From Octopus vulgaris (lineage: Eukaryota), in contig OX597822.1 in NCBI GenBank assembly GCA_951406725.2, positions 65,534,001 to 65,598,000 on the forward strand: DNA of 64,000 nucleotides, read 5' to 3'. The position numbers were made by a program, and so were the translations under genes. Below the pieces are notes generated by a model. That model saw nothing but the letters and a program-made list of their open reading frames with translations, was not told the origin of the DNA and did no database searches. Numbering within the stretch: the first letter of the stretch is position 1; every line of letters starts with the position of its first letter. This document shows, piece after piece, positions 12,753 through 26,208 of the stretch.

Positions 12753-13372
12753 TTTGTAGCAGCAACAGCAGCAGTAGTAGTAGTAGTATCAAGCATGCTC
12801 TGTGAAGTATGTGAGTTTTTGCAGAGTGGAAACGGACTTTTCTCACGTCTAACTCTCAAACATTACACACAAAAATATAATGGAATACTAGGCAATCTCA
12901 GTGATAGAAAAAATACTCATCCTGCCACATCTGCCGCCTCTTCCTCCTTCTCTCCCCCCTCTCTCTCACTTTTCACCTCTTTCACTTTCTCTCTCTCGTT
13001 ATTCGTCGATTTCACTCTCCGAATATGCTACCTCTCAATGGATATCATGTTCTTTTCATCTTTCTTTGCAGTATGTTACCACACAATGTTGCTATCGATA
13101 TTAATGTCTAGATTTCTGCAATGAATCGCTCACTCGATGAATGAAAGGATTCAGCATGTAAAGAATTTAAGATAAGAACAAATTTCTAATCTCTCACCTA
13201 AGCCATTTCTCATCATTACTTACATTTTCTACTGCGAATCCTCCATATGGAACAGTATAACTTCGTTGATAACATTATTTAGTTTCTTTTACGTTTTGTA
13301 ATATTTGAAGAATCTCTTCCCGTCTTGCAATAGCAGTTGAATACACGTGTGTATACGTATTTCAGTGTGTTC

Positions 13373-13465
<93 letters not shown>

Positions 13466-13541
13466 TAAACAAATAGGTAGATAGTTAGATAGACAGATGT
13501 GTATATATACATTTATATATATAATTATATATGTACATAAG

Positions 13542-13613
<72 letters not shown>

Positions 13614-14289
13614 TGTATGTGTGTATATGTGTACGTGTGTGTTTGCGTATATGGATATGTATGTGTGTTTCTACGTACCGTACTGGTAAGTTTTCATTGA
13701 TTAATTGATAAAGAATGTCTGACTACACAAATGAAGGACAAAGAAACGTAGAGATAATAATACATTAATATGCAAATTTAAATTTTGAACTTTGATCCCT
13801 TCAAAGATAAACTGGCGAGCGATAGATCCAGAAACGACCGTTTATATATCGTCAGAAAAGACAATACATATCTGGACATTAACCACATAACTAAGTGTAT
13901 ATTGCTTTATATACATTGCTTTATAGCAAGATAAGTATATCAAGATAATTTTCTAAAACGCAATTTTTCTATTGCTTTTTGAGGAGTCATGTGTTTGAGG
14001 GATATCAATGTGTATGCAAGAGTGTGAGGAGTAGTGATAAGGAAAGTAGTAGGGAAAGAGGAATGGATATAGTCGAATAGAAGGAAAGAGAAATGAAACG
14101 AAAAAAACAATCTAGAAACAGATCTGCTGTGACCGTCCTTCTCCTCTCTGTGTCTCCTTCGCTCTATTTATAAACGCAATCCGAAAGAGGTAGAAAACGT
14201 GATAAATTTTGGCATGAGCATGCATCATGCATTTGTATGTAGGGATGTATACATAATGCACACACGCGCACGCACACATACAGGCATAT

Positions 14290-14320
<31 letters not shown>

Positions 14321-14434
14321 TACACACACATATATATATATATAAACATACATATAAACATACATGTATATATACATATATATATATATATGTGCACTTT
14401 TATATATATATGAATATATATATATATATATAAA

Positions 14435-14595
14435 GGCGCAGGAGTGGCTGTGGTAAGTAGCTTGCTTACCAACTACATGGTTCCGGTTACAGTCACACTG
14501 CGTGGCACCTTGGGCAAGTGTCTTCTACTATAGCCTCGGGCCAACCAAAGCCCTGTGAGTGGATTTGGTAGACGGAAACTGAAAGAAGCCCGTCG
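14435..14595 (+). mobile_element. SINE family A, 5' half
   Basis: GGCGCAGGAGTGGCTG...GAAAGAAGCCCGTCG, embedded in (TA)n. Confidence 0.85.
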
Positions 14596-16392
14596 TATAT
14601 ATGTGTATATATATATATGTATACATATATATATATATACGTGTACATACCAGCACGGACATACATATATATGTATATACATACACACACACCTATATAG
14701 TGTATATATATATATATATATATACGAAAGAAGGTTTGAAAATGCAATTTAAAAGATGTTTATTTACTTTATCGGTTTCACTCTTTGGAAAAGGATTGTC
14801 AAAAGTAACATGTAGAAGTTTGGTTGCATTAATTATTGGTTGTTGCAAATTGCTAAGTTACATATATACAGTCTTTGGTAACAGGGACATGTTAAGGACA
14901 TAAAAAAGTTCAACAAGTTCCTTAAAATATTGGGCACAAAAGATTACATAAATAATCGTTCTCAAGGACATACTTAAGATAGTTTCCAGAAGGAATTGAT
15001 ATTGGTATTGTATTTGTATATTCAAACATGCACAGAATATTGCTTGACACAGAGTACTATAATATATATATTACTGCATTTATAATCTGTTGTTATTCCT
15101 TTCGCTGTTAATCGGAGTTTCATGCACATAATAAAGATGCACAATTAGTTAAGAAGTATAAGGTGAATGAAGATGTGTCAGAAACGCATGGTAATTCTCA
15201 TTTTCAATTATTATTTGTTATGCCATGGTCAGACATGTAACATATTAAGATTGTAGCTTGCTGGGCAACTAGTTTGTAAGTTAAGAATATCCAACCTAGG
15301 CCTGTTCTCATCGGGGGACAGTTACTCCAAGCTGATCTGTTGCTTTGTTTGATCGCTATATAGTTGTGTCAATATGTTTTAAACTTGTAGGTATATAGAA
15401 CTAGTGTTAAAAAATCTTCCTGAATTAGATAAGGCATTTTTACAACCGACTCAGTTTCATCTGTGGCTGCTGTAATATCGGAATGTTTTCATGTTGCAAA
15501 AGCCTATCGTTTCACAGAACATTCAAGCAGGACCTACCTGTCTGTATAGACAATGTTTTATGCTATTGGATGTAGGTGCTTGTAGTAACTGTTTTCGAAA
15601 GTATTTTCTGTCATTTCCGTAGAAATTCATATGCTATTTAAATTGATGTAGGTAGATAGAGCATCTTCAGTATCAAATATGATCCGTATCACTTTGTGCT
15701 GTCTTAGGGAATAAATTATTTGCTTTAATGATACATCTAATTAATCATTAGTGACCTAGGTGTAAACTAAAAGACCACCTTCTTTCAACTAAAGAAACAA
15801 AAGTCCTAGATCCTTGTTCTCGTTTCGTAGACTTCCTTTTGTTGCATAATGAGCCTTTATAATGGACCATTTGCGTGGATGTTGAATGATGGGCATCCAT
15901 TTACAACACAATTTAGATTTGTTCCGAAATACCAGATTCACACAAAAGGGCAAGCATTATATAAATAACATCCTGAAGGAAAACAACAAGTTTATGAAAC
16001 GCTTTCTTTATTTGGGAGAAGTCTTTTCAACCACATGAACTTATCCGTTATACGTTGGGTGGTGTAATACAATTGAGGTAGCATCTTTGAAGGAAAATGT
16101 ACAGGAATACCATGGCCTGATTATTAGGCTATTAAGCGCTCGATAATAAGATCACGAGTTTTATTCCCGATCTGTGATAGTTGTGATTAAAAATATCAGG
16201 GAAGATAACTAAGAAACTGTTATTGTAATAATCAAAAACAGAATGTTGATATGCAGTAAGTAATAATATTCAATTTACTATGGTGATTTATGCCGGCGTT
16301 TACACTAAATATACTATACACATACACTCACAAGCAAATGCACATATATATATAAACATGAAAGAATATATTTACATATAGGTATGTTCACG

Positions 16393-16824
<432 letters not shown>

Positions 16825-18777
16825 TTGAACAAGGTTATTTATTTACGATTGCTCCAATTCACTTAGCTGGCAAAATGAGTAGTGAGACAGAGAGGAATCT
16901 CGGTCAGTGGTCTAGAACCTTTGATCAGGAAGAGATAGTGGACTGCTACATTCTAGTTCTTTTATTTACACTGACGAATCTGACTTCACTATTCTCTTGC
17001 ATAGTGTTCAAAATTACTGTTATATGCATTGAAATTATATTACCCAATGAATTTGTCCATTAATTACAGCAAATCTGTAATATAGGTCATTAACCCTTTA
17101 AATCGGTGCAAGTAAACAGAAAATGCATACACATTCTACATTAAATATTTTTCTTATTAACATAAAATTAACAATACAAAAGAAATAAAAATAAATATCC
17201 ACGAGTGTTTCTATGACACACAAAGTAATGTTTGTTGTTTAACAGAAGCGGGGAAAAAAAAGAAATAATAACTGAATATTGTTTTGGTTTCCTTTCGAGA
17301 AATATAATAATGGTAATTTATCGATGTGATTGTTTGAATTGAAAATAAATATAACTGAAAGAATCTATTTCAATATACTTATATTATTTTTCATAAAAAC
17401 ATAAAATCGATCGTCTATTTTATCTCTTGGGAAACATTGTGTTTTTCACATTGATGTTCTCATTGCAGTTACGTAAACAGAGCGTGAGTATTGATTAGTT
17501 TGTTCACATGACCAAGCCACTCTGATATTTAGGGATATTACACCAAAAAAAAAAAATCAATTCTGTATAACCTGCATCAGGTAATATAATTCCAGTACAT
17601 ATGAAGCAAGCGCCTGTTATATAAAAATGCAAACGTTTTGTATTGTGATATATATTGCATTGTACCTAGCAATACCAATGTAATATATCACCATTAATGG
17701 GAAAAGAAAAAAGAAAAAAACAAAAAAAATCCGAAACAGAAAGAGAGATGAAGATTGAGAGAAAAGATATAGAAGTTATATGCTGCATTGCTGTTTTAGA
17801 AATGACTATTATCTTATACTTATGATAGAAGCACCATAGTGTAAGAACAAACGTTAGGTGTGCCATGTAATTTTGATTTCATTTTGCTATTTTGTTAACC
17901 ATTTTATTAAACCCTTATGAATATTACACTGGAAAAAGCCATGAATATGAGCCGCCTTTGTTTCCTATGAGTAATTTGACAAACTATATATTACATGAAT
18001 AAATATGATTTTAAGTCAATGTTTTGCAAACGTTTTATATATGAAACTTTATATTTCGGTTTATTTGAAAAACATCCTTGGAAACATCTGCTCTAATTTT
18101 CGAAACTTCTAACTGAAAACTTCCAAGGTTTTGTGATAAATAACTAGTATTTATTTAGAATTGGTTTTTGTAGGTATTCTATCATAAATTTTATTATTTT
18201 ACTAGTTTTAGTTAATATGACTGCAGTGGGTATAAGAAATTACATCTATGAATAGACCCGTGACAATATTCACATAGTTTCAAGGTGCTTCATAGGGGAA
18301 ATATTGCATCAGTTTAGATTACATTTTGTTAATACTTCAGAGAACGGAATTCTGACCCATACACAAGCTGTGCCGGAATTTATTATGAATGATATTGACA
18401 TACATAATGTCGTAAGAAAAATATACTAATTAATTATGGGAAACAAAAAGATTTATTGACCAAACGATTAGTTGTGATTAAAAATATCAGGGGAGATAAA
18501 TAACTGAAATTGTAATAATCAAAAAGAGAATGTGGATATGCAGTAAGTAATAATGTTAACTTTACTATGGTGATTTATGCCACTGTTTATTGAATCTTGG
18601 TGCTTGTAGTAACTGTTTTCGAAGGTATTTTCTGTCAATTCCATAGAGATTCATATGCTATCTAAATTGATGTAGATAGATAGATTATTTTCAGTATACA
18701 CATACACTCACAAGCACACGCAGATATATATAAACATGTTGGAATATATTTACATTTAGGTATATTTATGAACATAT

Positions 18778-18873
<96 letters not shown>

Positions 18874-18875
<2 letters not shown>

Positions 18876-19172
18876 GAGTACCCGTGACCCGTAGTTCAAG
18901 CTACCCGAGAAAACAGCGTTTCTCGGGAGCCCATCGTCAGCTTTACGCGAAACTTGTTTTATTCCGTTTGTATTCGCATTTGAATGGTACGTTACTTTCA
19001 GATTATTTTCCCATTATGCGGCCCTATAGCTTTATTAGATTACGGACAAACACGCAAGCAAGCACGCAAGCAAGCACGCAAGCAAGGAAGCACGCGAGCA
19101 ACCAAACCCGCAACCAAGCAAGTACGCAAGCAAGCAAGCACGCAAGCAATCACAGACTTTTAGTTTATATAC
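18874..19172 (+). mobile_element. Possible non-autonomous Helitron-like or MITE-like insertion with (GCAA)n core
   Basis: GC-richer block right after (TA)n, hairpin CCCGAGAAA-acagcg-TTTCTCGGG, internal (GCAAGCAC)n repeats, ends TTTAGTTTATATAC. Family assignment is a guess. Confidence 0.3.
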
Positions 19173-19219
19173 AGACGCAGGAGTGGCTGTGTGGTAAGTA
19201 GCTTGCTAACACACATACG

Positions 19220-19259
19220 CAGTTAGTCAGTTGCTTCCTGTTGAGCCAGAGTGGACGTG
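19220..19259 (+). promoter_or_regulatory. Putative internal Pol II promoter (Inr-like CAGTTAGTCAGTT plus DPE-like GGACGTG about 29 nt downstream)
   Basis: Motifs seen at the element 5' end; resembles the Inr/DPE internal promoters of invertebrate non-LTR elements. Confidence 0.4.
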
Positions 19260-19889
19260 AGTAACCAGCTCCGTCCAATTATAGAAAAAAAACCAAAAAC
19301 GGAAAGTTGTCGAGGTGAGTGATTTTGTTTATTCTGAGTTGGGCATAATTTATTACGTGCCAATTATTATTTCAGTAAGTTGTGTCCAACTCTGAGACAA
19401 TTTCGCCTGCTCTCGGCGGCTGCCGTTTTTGTGTTTATTGCAAAAAAAACAGTGGAGGGGTGTATCCTCGGAACCCAATACAGTTACTATGTTGTGTTTG
19501 GGTTTGTTGAATTTATTCCCTTGTCAGAGTACTTCGCAAGAAAATTATAAAAATAAGCCACTATTGGATTACCTTTCGGACCCCTTTTTGTGGAGGTTGT
19601 GTTACAGTTGCGGCGTTCCAGGTTCAACTCAGGCCGGGAGTACCGTAAGTCCAGAAGATTTTTGCTGTGTTTTTTCTGTTTATTAACTTTCTTTTGAACT
19701 TCATTTAACTCCCCCTTTTGTTTTTTTTGTTTATTGCGACTTTCCGTTGATTTCTTCCCTTCTGTTGTGCTTTCTCCTTTTTGTTTTTTCAAAAATCTAT
19801 CAAATTTTATTTGGACTTTTGAACTTTTTTCTTCTCGCTTTTTAAGTTTAATTTGAATATATTTAAAAAAAAAAGAAAAAAACACGGCA

Positions 19890-21119
19890 ATGAAAATTAA
19901 CAAAATTTTGGAATGGGAGATCATACCGCCTAAAAAGTGGTTAAAAGACCGTGAAGATAGGACGGTGGTGTTGAGAACCTACTCCAAGGCACTCGACACC
20001 ATCGCCCTATTCGAAAAGACGGCAATTGAAAAGGAGTTGGCAGAGTATTTGCCAACAATTAAATTCATTTCCAGGGGTGTCAAATATGCAACAGTGTGGT
20101 TGTTATTTGACACCCCTGAAGAGGCTTGCAAATTTGCTAGCAAACACCTGGAGGTTAAGGAAATTTTATTCCTGCCCACGTACCAAAAAAAGAGACTGAC
20201 GAAAGCTTGGATTTGCGGGCTGCCACCCGGGATAGAACCCGAGTGGATAGAGGAGACTATCCGCCGGGGTCTGGGTAGCAGCGAAACTAAGCTCCTTAAT
20301 GTAAAAGTTCTTCCTGCGGCTGCTTGGGTTGGGTCAAAAGCAATTTTGACCCTTTGGACCCAATCAGCCAATCTGGTTCTTCCAGATTTTTTGAAAATGT
20401 CCGGGTGCAGGTACCCGGTGATGCTTGAGGGTCGCCCCCCTAAGTGTCATCGGTGCTTGGAGTCCTGCCACATAAAGAAGAACTGTCCCCGGGAACAAAA
20501 TAGGATCCCGGAACAGTTAAGTGAAACCCCTGTAGAAGAGGGAATGATAACGGCCGAGGAAGCAGAGGACTCCTCAAACAGAGGCCGAAAGAGGAAGGTG
20601 AGCAACAATGGGTGCTCACCAAAGGATACTAGGGATGAGGAGGGAAAGGCGAATCTTCCGGCCACGGAGGAGACGCACCCTCCCTCAGTTGAAAAGAAAA
20701 AAAGAAAAAAGAGGAAGAGAAACGGGACATTACCGGCTGTCGGTGACATAGCACCGGAATGTCCCGGAACTACGTCGGTTGGGGTTGTGCCACCGACAGG
20801 AGAAGAAATACCGCCAACGAAAGAATTGAACCTATTGATCCTCCTCTATAGAGGCGGAAAAATTGAAAAGGTGATGGAAAAGCACCACAAGGGAGCACCT
20901 TTAGCCTTCACACAGGACCCCGAATGGCCTCCGCAGGTAGCTGCGGAGGCCGTGGCGTTCGACGTGACGCTTGGGCTGAAGGAGCTCAATGAGGATCATA
21001 GCTTGGTCCCGGGCGACGCTAACTCGGAACTCGATTACGTTCTGAGGGATGCGTGGTGGATGGTGGAGGGCGCGGGCACAAGTTATTTCGAGGACCAGTC
21101 AAATAGTGATACGACTTGA
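19890..21119 (+). CDS. Retroelement ORF1p-like nucleic-acid-binding protein (409 aa) with gag-type zinc knuckle
   Basis: ATG-to-stop intact ORF; CX2CX4HX4C knuckle CHRCLESCHIKKNC (20445-20486) after EGRPPK; RRM-like N-terminal half (inferred); basic NLS-like KKKRKKRKR; low-complexity middle and C-terminal part. Confidence 0.85.
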   Translation: MKINKILEWEIIPPKKWLKDREDRTVVLRTYSKALDTIALFEKTAIEKELAEYLPTIKFISRGVKYATVWLLFDTPEEACKFASKHLEVKEILFLPTYQKKRLTKAWICGLPPGIEPEWIEETIRRGLGSSETKLLNVKVLPAAAWVGSKAILTLWTQSANLVLPDFLKMSGCRYPVMLEGRPPKCHRCLESCHIKKNCPREQNRIPEQLSETPVEEGMITAEEAEDSSNRGRKRKVSNNGCSPKDTRDEEGKANLPATEETHPPSVEKKKRKKRKRNGTLPAVGDIAPECPGTTSVGVVPPTGEEIPPTKELNLLILLYRGGKIEKVMEKHHKGAPLAFTQDPEWPPQVAAEAVAFDVTLGLKELNEDHSLVPGDANSELDYVLRDAWWMVEGAGTSYFEDQSNSDTT

Positions 21120-21858
21120 GGGGCCCCGACCTAGAGCTGGCGCATTCCTAAGGGAAGTGTAAGCCAGGTCTGGGAGGAGGGGCTTTGTGTATTGTATTTA
21201 TATATGTAATTATTGAACTATGTTGTTATTAGTAATGGACTGCTAAGTCTAAAAATTGAAAAAATTGTAAGAGGTTTAATACCTCGTTTTGTGTTTGTTT
21301 TTAAAAAGAACAATGTTTTAGAGAAGCAGAAGTCGGCGGGCGCTTTTTGTCTTCTCCCATCCCCATCATCTGTCTTTCATTATCATTCACTTCATTAATG
21401 TCCTCGTCCAGCCCGCAAAGCTAACTTACTCTATGTACTGCCTTTATGGCAAATGTTATGAAATAAAGTAGCTTGCTAACCAACCACATGGTTCTGGGTT
21501 CAGTCCCACTGCGTGGCATCTTGGGCAGGTGTCTTCTGCTATAGCCCCGGGCCGACCAATGCCTTGTGAGTGGATTTGGTAGACGGAAACTGGAAGAAGT
21601 CTGTCGTATATATGCATATATATATATATATATGTGTGCCTGTGTGTTGGTGTGTCTGTGTTTGTTCCCCTAGCGTTGCTTAACAACCGATGCTGATGTG
21701 TTTACGTCCCCGTCACTTAGCGGTTCGGCAAAAAGAGACCGATAGAATAAGTACTGGGCTTACAAAAAGAATAAGTCCCGGGGTCGAGTTGCTCGACTAA
21801 AGGCGGTGCTCCAGCATGGCCGCAGTCAAATGACTGAAACAAGTAAAAGAGTAAAAGA

Positions 21859-21911
<53 letters not shown>

Positions 21912-22267
21912 TTCACACACATCCGTATACATACACATACGCGCGCGCACACATATATGATCATATACTTGAGACAATAATTGTAGAGCTAGGTATAAAT
22001 TCCTCGCTAGCTGCTGTGTAATTATTATTAATATTTTTGATTATTTGAGTCATTTAAAGCCATAAACGCCATCTATGAATATTTCACAATTTCGGAATTC
22101 AAGGCCTTTACATTTATATCTATTTTTATGAAGTTATTAAATCTGCTAAAATTTACAGACAAAAGTTTCATACATTATCGATACAAACTTAAATCAGCCA
22201 CGATATATAAGTTAAAAATTCGCCTACATATTTACGCTGTATCTTTCATTTTCTATCTTTTACTTGT

Positions 22268-22696
22268 TTCTTATTTCTTTATTGCCCATAAGGGGCTAAA
22301 CACAGAGGGGATTAGCAAGGACAGACAAAGGATTAAGTCGATTACATCGATTAGATCGTCCGCAGTACGCAACTGGCACTTATTTTCTCGACTCCGAAAG
22401 GATGACAAGGCAAATTAACCTCGGCGGAATTTGAACTCAGATCGTAACGGCAGACGAAATACCTATTTCTTTACTACATACAAGGGGTTAAACACAGATA
22501 GGACAAACAAGGACAGACAGACGGATTAAGTCGATCATATCGACCCCAGTGCGCAACTGGTATTTAATTTATCGACCCCGAAAGGATGAAAGGCAACGTC
22601 GACCTCGGCGGATTTTGAACTCAGAACGTAACGGCAGACGAAATGCCGCTAAACATTTCGCCCGGCGTGCTAACGTTTCTGCCAGCTCGCCGCCTT
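22268..22696 (-). mobile_element. SINE family B, dimeric
   Basis: Two tandem body units in reverse; head ...GCCAGCTCGCCGCCTT at 22681-22696. Confidence 0.85.
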
Positions 22697-23038
22697 TTAT
22701 TTATTTTATTTGGGGCAACACCTTGTAGAATTTTCGTTGAACAAATCGTCTCCAGTATTTAATTCTGTCCTTTTGAAAGCCTGATACTTATTCCATCAGT
22801 CTTTTCTGACGACCCACTACATCATGGGGTCATTAACAAAACAATACCAGTTGTCAAAAAATTGTCATGGACAAACATGTCTGTACGAGCGCACACAAAC
22901 TGGGATTGTACTAGAAAATATTTGCATTAAACCACGGAGTGGTACTGAACCCTAAACCACGTCGTTAAGAAGCGAGCTTCTTATCCATATATCTATGAAT
23001 TGTAATAATTTTGTCATCTAACACAACATACATGACAA

Positions 23039-23164
<126 letters not shown>

Positions 23165-23507
23165 CCGTGGTCTTCTCCGTAGGCTTTTCTTTCCACAGAT
23201 AAACCTTATCTGTTTTCCCCTTTACACTTTATATCATGACATTTCTGTGATACATGATCCCTATTGATCGTTTTTTTTTCTTTTTCTATAATCACTTTTG
23301 ATCGAAAACCTACCCACCCATTTTATTTTTTATTTCTAATTAAAAAAATTTTTTTATTGTTTCTTCCCAAAAAGAAAAGCTCTACTTTGTAATTTGTCCC
23401 CTCTGTGTTCAGCCCTATGTGGCTAATAAAGAAACATATCTACCTACCTACCTACCTACCTACCTACCTACCTACCTACCTATCTACCTACCTACATACC
23501 TACATAC

Positions 23508-23566
<59 letters not shown>

Positions 23567-23579
23567 CCTACCTACCTAC

Positions 23580-23641
<62 letters not shown>

Positions 23642-24353
23642 GTTTATCTATCAATCTATCTGTTTGTCTGTCTGTAAGTATGTATGTATAATATAACATA
23701 CTCTTAGTTAAAACTATTATAGACGACATTAACAGAGAAGCAAAACTGTGCTATACCTGTGATCAACAAATATAACTCTGGATGGTCCTTTCTTTGAAAC
23801 TGTAACTAAAATATATGCTATGTCACAAATTTCTCATTGGAAGCATTGTGTTCTTGAGGTCCACTCTTGCTAGGAGTGGGAAATTACTAAATTCTTCCTC
23901 TAAAGAACTATACCTGCAGACAATTCACCGATACCTCTACACCTGCATATAGCAGTTATTGTACTGGTAGACAACGTCTAGTAAGTAATAAAATAATGCT
24001 AAGCATGCATAAAATATCACCTTCAGTTCAGCATTCCTCTTTTCTGAGTAAACAGTTTTCTTTCTTTCATTTACATGTTTCTTCTGATATTTCTCGAATA
24101 ACCTATTATGTAATGATAGCAACATACTTTATATTAGAGTGTGCAAGGCTTGCTTTTGTTATTTAACAGCGTCTGCACTCCTGATAACAACATGCACATT
24201 GTTCTTGTAGCTTTTGTACGGAGAAATGCACACAATAAGAAATGACAGTATAAAATATCTCTTTGACAGTTTAATCAGAAACATAAGAGTTGTAGATAAG
24301 ACTATGCTGATATTTGACACACACACTCATATGTATATATATATACATATATA

Positions 24354-24745
24354 GGTGTAGGAGTGGCTGTATGGTGAATAGATTGCTTACCAACCATATG
24401 CTTACGGGTTCAGTCCCACTGCGTGGCACCTTGGGCAAGTGTCTTCTACTATAGCCTCGGGCCTACCAGAGCCTTGTGAATGGATCTGGTAAACGTAAAC
24501 TGAAAGAATCCCGTCGTATATATATATGTGTGTGTATATGTTTGTATGTCTGTGTTTCTACCCCAACATCCCTTGACAACCGATGCTGCTGTGTTTGCGT
24601 CCCCCTAACCTAGCGGTTCGGCAAAAGGGGCCGATAGAATAAGTACTAGGCTTACAAAAGAATAAGTCCTGGAGTCGATTTGCTCGACTAAAGGCTGTGC
24701 TCCAGCATGGCCGCAGTCAAATGAATAAAACAAGTAAAAAAGAAA
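24354..24745 (+). mobile_element. SINE family A, full length
   Basis: Head, microsatellite spacer and tail all present. Confidence 0.85.
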
Positions 24746-25227
24746 AGAACAATTGTATAAGTGTACGTTAATCATTTGCTTCTTTGCATCATTACCGAGG
24801 GTTTCTTATTTTCACATAGGTCATCTTTGGGTAGTCTGCTTTGATGTAACTGTTGTAACCGAACCTGTAAACTCAGGATTTGAAGTGAGCACTAAATCCC
24901 TACTTAGCATTATACAATTGCCACAATTTAGTCCAGCAATTGTTGCACACACCAGATATTTATTTAAAGTTTCATAAATCCTGACATTAAAGAGTTTAGT
25001 GTATTGATTATGCAATGAAGAATACGAACAATTGACATCACCTCTCACATAATAACGGGTCCTCTCTAATCTCTCCTTTGACAATGGAAACCAAAAATAC
25101 TGAAGATAAAGAGTTAAATAAGACACAAAAGGAAACATCCCAAAGGGCGTTAGCCTAAAATTTTTATTCCATACACACATTGTAATAATCCACATCACAC
25201 ATTTTATCAGCATTTACTTTACAGTTC

Positions 25228-25297
<70 letters not shown>

Positions 25298-25812
25298 ATA
25301 AACTCTCCGTAACTATTCATTGACGTTTTATAGTTAGCAAACACCCATCAGACAAGAATGAAAATAATACGGCAAATGCTTTAGATGTGATGTTCAATTA
25401 TTCAGGAATCAAGTTATGTCAAGTGTAAAGTGAATATCGGAGGCTTTAGTTTTATATCCCCATCGATCATGACACGAAGCAAGAGAAGTTGAGGATGTGT
25501 AATTTTGGTCAGTGAAATGAAGCTTTATAAGTTATGAATAAAATTAATCAGCAACTGTAATCTTTTTGAAAGCACAAAGAAAATATTTTATTCATTCTTT
25601 TGTTTCAAGAGAATTTCGATTGTAGAATTTGATATTCATCTTATATTTTTAAAATAAAAACGAGAAAAAAAAAAAGAAAAGCCAAAAAAGAAAAAAAAAG
25701 GAAAAAAATTTCAGAAAAATAAGTTAAAACACAATAGGAAAAATCTGTATTGGTGTTTATTTATATTTCGAAAACTGTGCCAAACTGCTGAGAAAAATTT
25801 AGTTAAAGGAAA

Positions 25813-25827
25813 ATAATAATAATAATG

Positions 25828-25873
<46 letters not shown>

Positions 25874-25898
25874 CAACAATATTAATAATATAATAATG

Positions 25899-25932
<34 letters not shown>

Positions 25933-25972
25933 TAACAATAACAATATTAATAATAAAATTATAATAGTAAAA

Positions 25973-26062
<90 letters not shown>

Positions 26063-26155
26063 GTAATAATAATAATAATAGTAATAATAATAATAATAGC
26101 AATATTATTAATGATAATAATAATGATAACAACAAAAACAATATTAATAATAAAC

Positions 26156-26204
<49 letters not shown>

Positions 26205-26208
26205 TATT
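25813..26208. repeat. (TAA)n microsatellite, insertion target of the adjacent LINE
   Basis: Seen directly; (AAT)n resumes at 27961. Confidence 0.95.

Larger units (their letters stand above)
19211..21465 (+). mobile_element. Non-autonomous ORF1-only non-LTR retrotransposon (HAL1-like organisation, L1/Tx1-type ORF1)
   Basis: 15-bp TSD AAGTAGCTTGCTAAC (19196-19210 and 21466-21480), ~680-nt 5' UTR, one intact ORF, 3' UTR ending AATAAA; no RT or endonuclease sequence seen. Confidence 0.8.
19174..21860 (+). mobile_element. SINE family A split by the ORF1-only element (19174-19210 and 21466-21860)
   Basis: Head ends GTAGCTTGCTAAC at 19210 and resumes AAGTAGCTTGCTAACCAACCACATGG at 21466, continuing to the full tail. 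Confidence 0.9.

Noticed and set aside
12633-13124. 163-aa ORF with poly-V tract
   Set aside because: Driven by (GTA)n and CT-rich low-complexity sequence; no domain recognised.
19487-20749. Minus-strand ORFs overlapping the ORF1-only element
   Set aside because: Antisense shadows of the T-rich 5' UTR and of the plus-strand ORF; no motifs.
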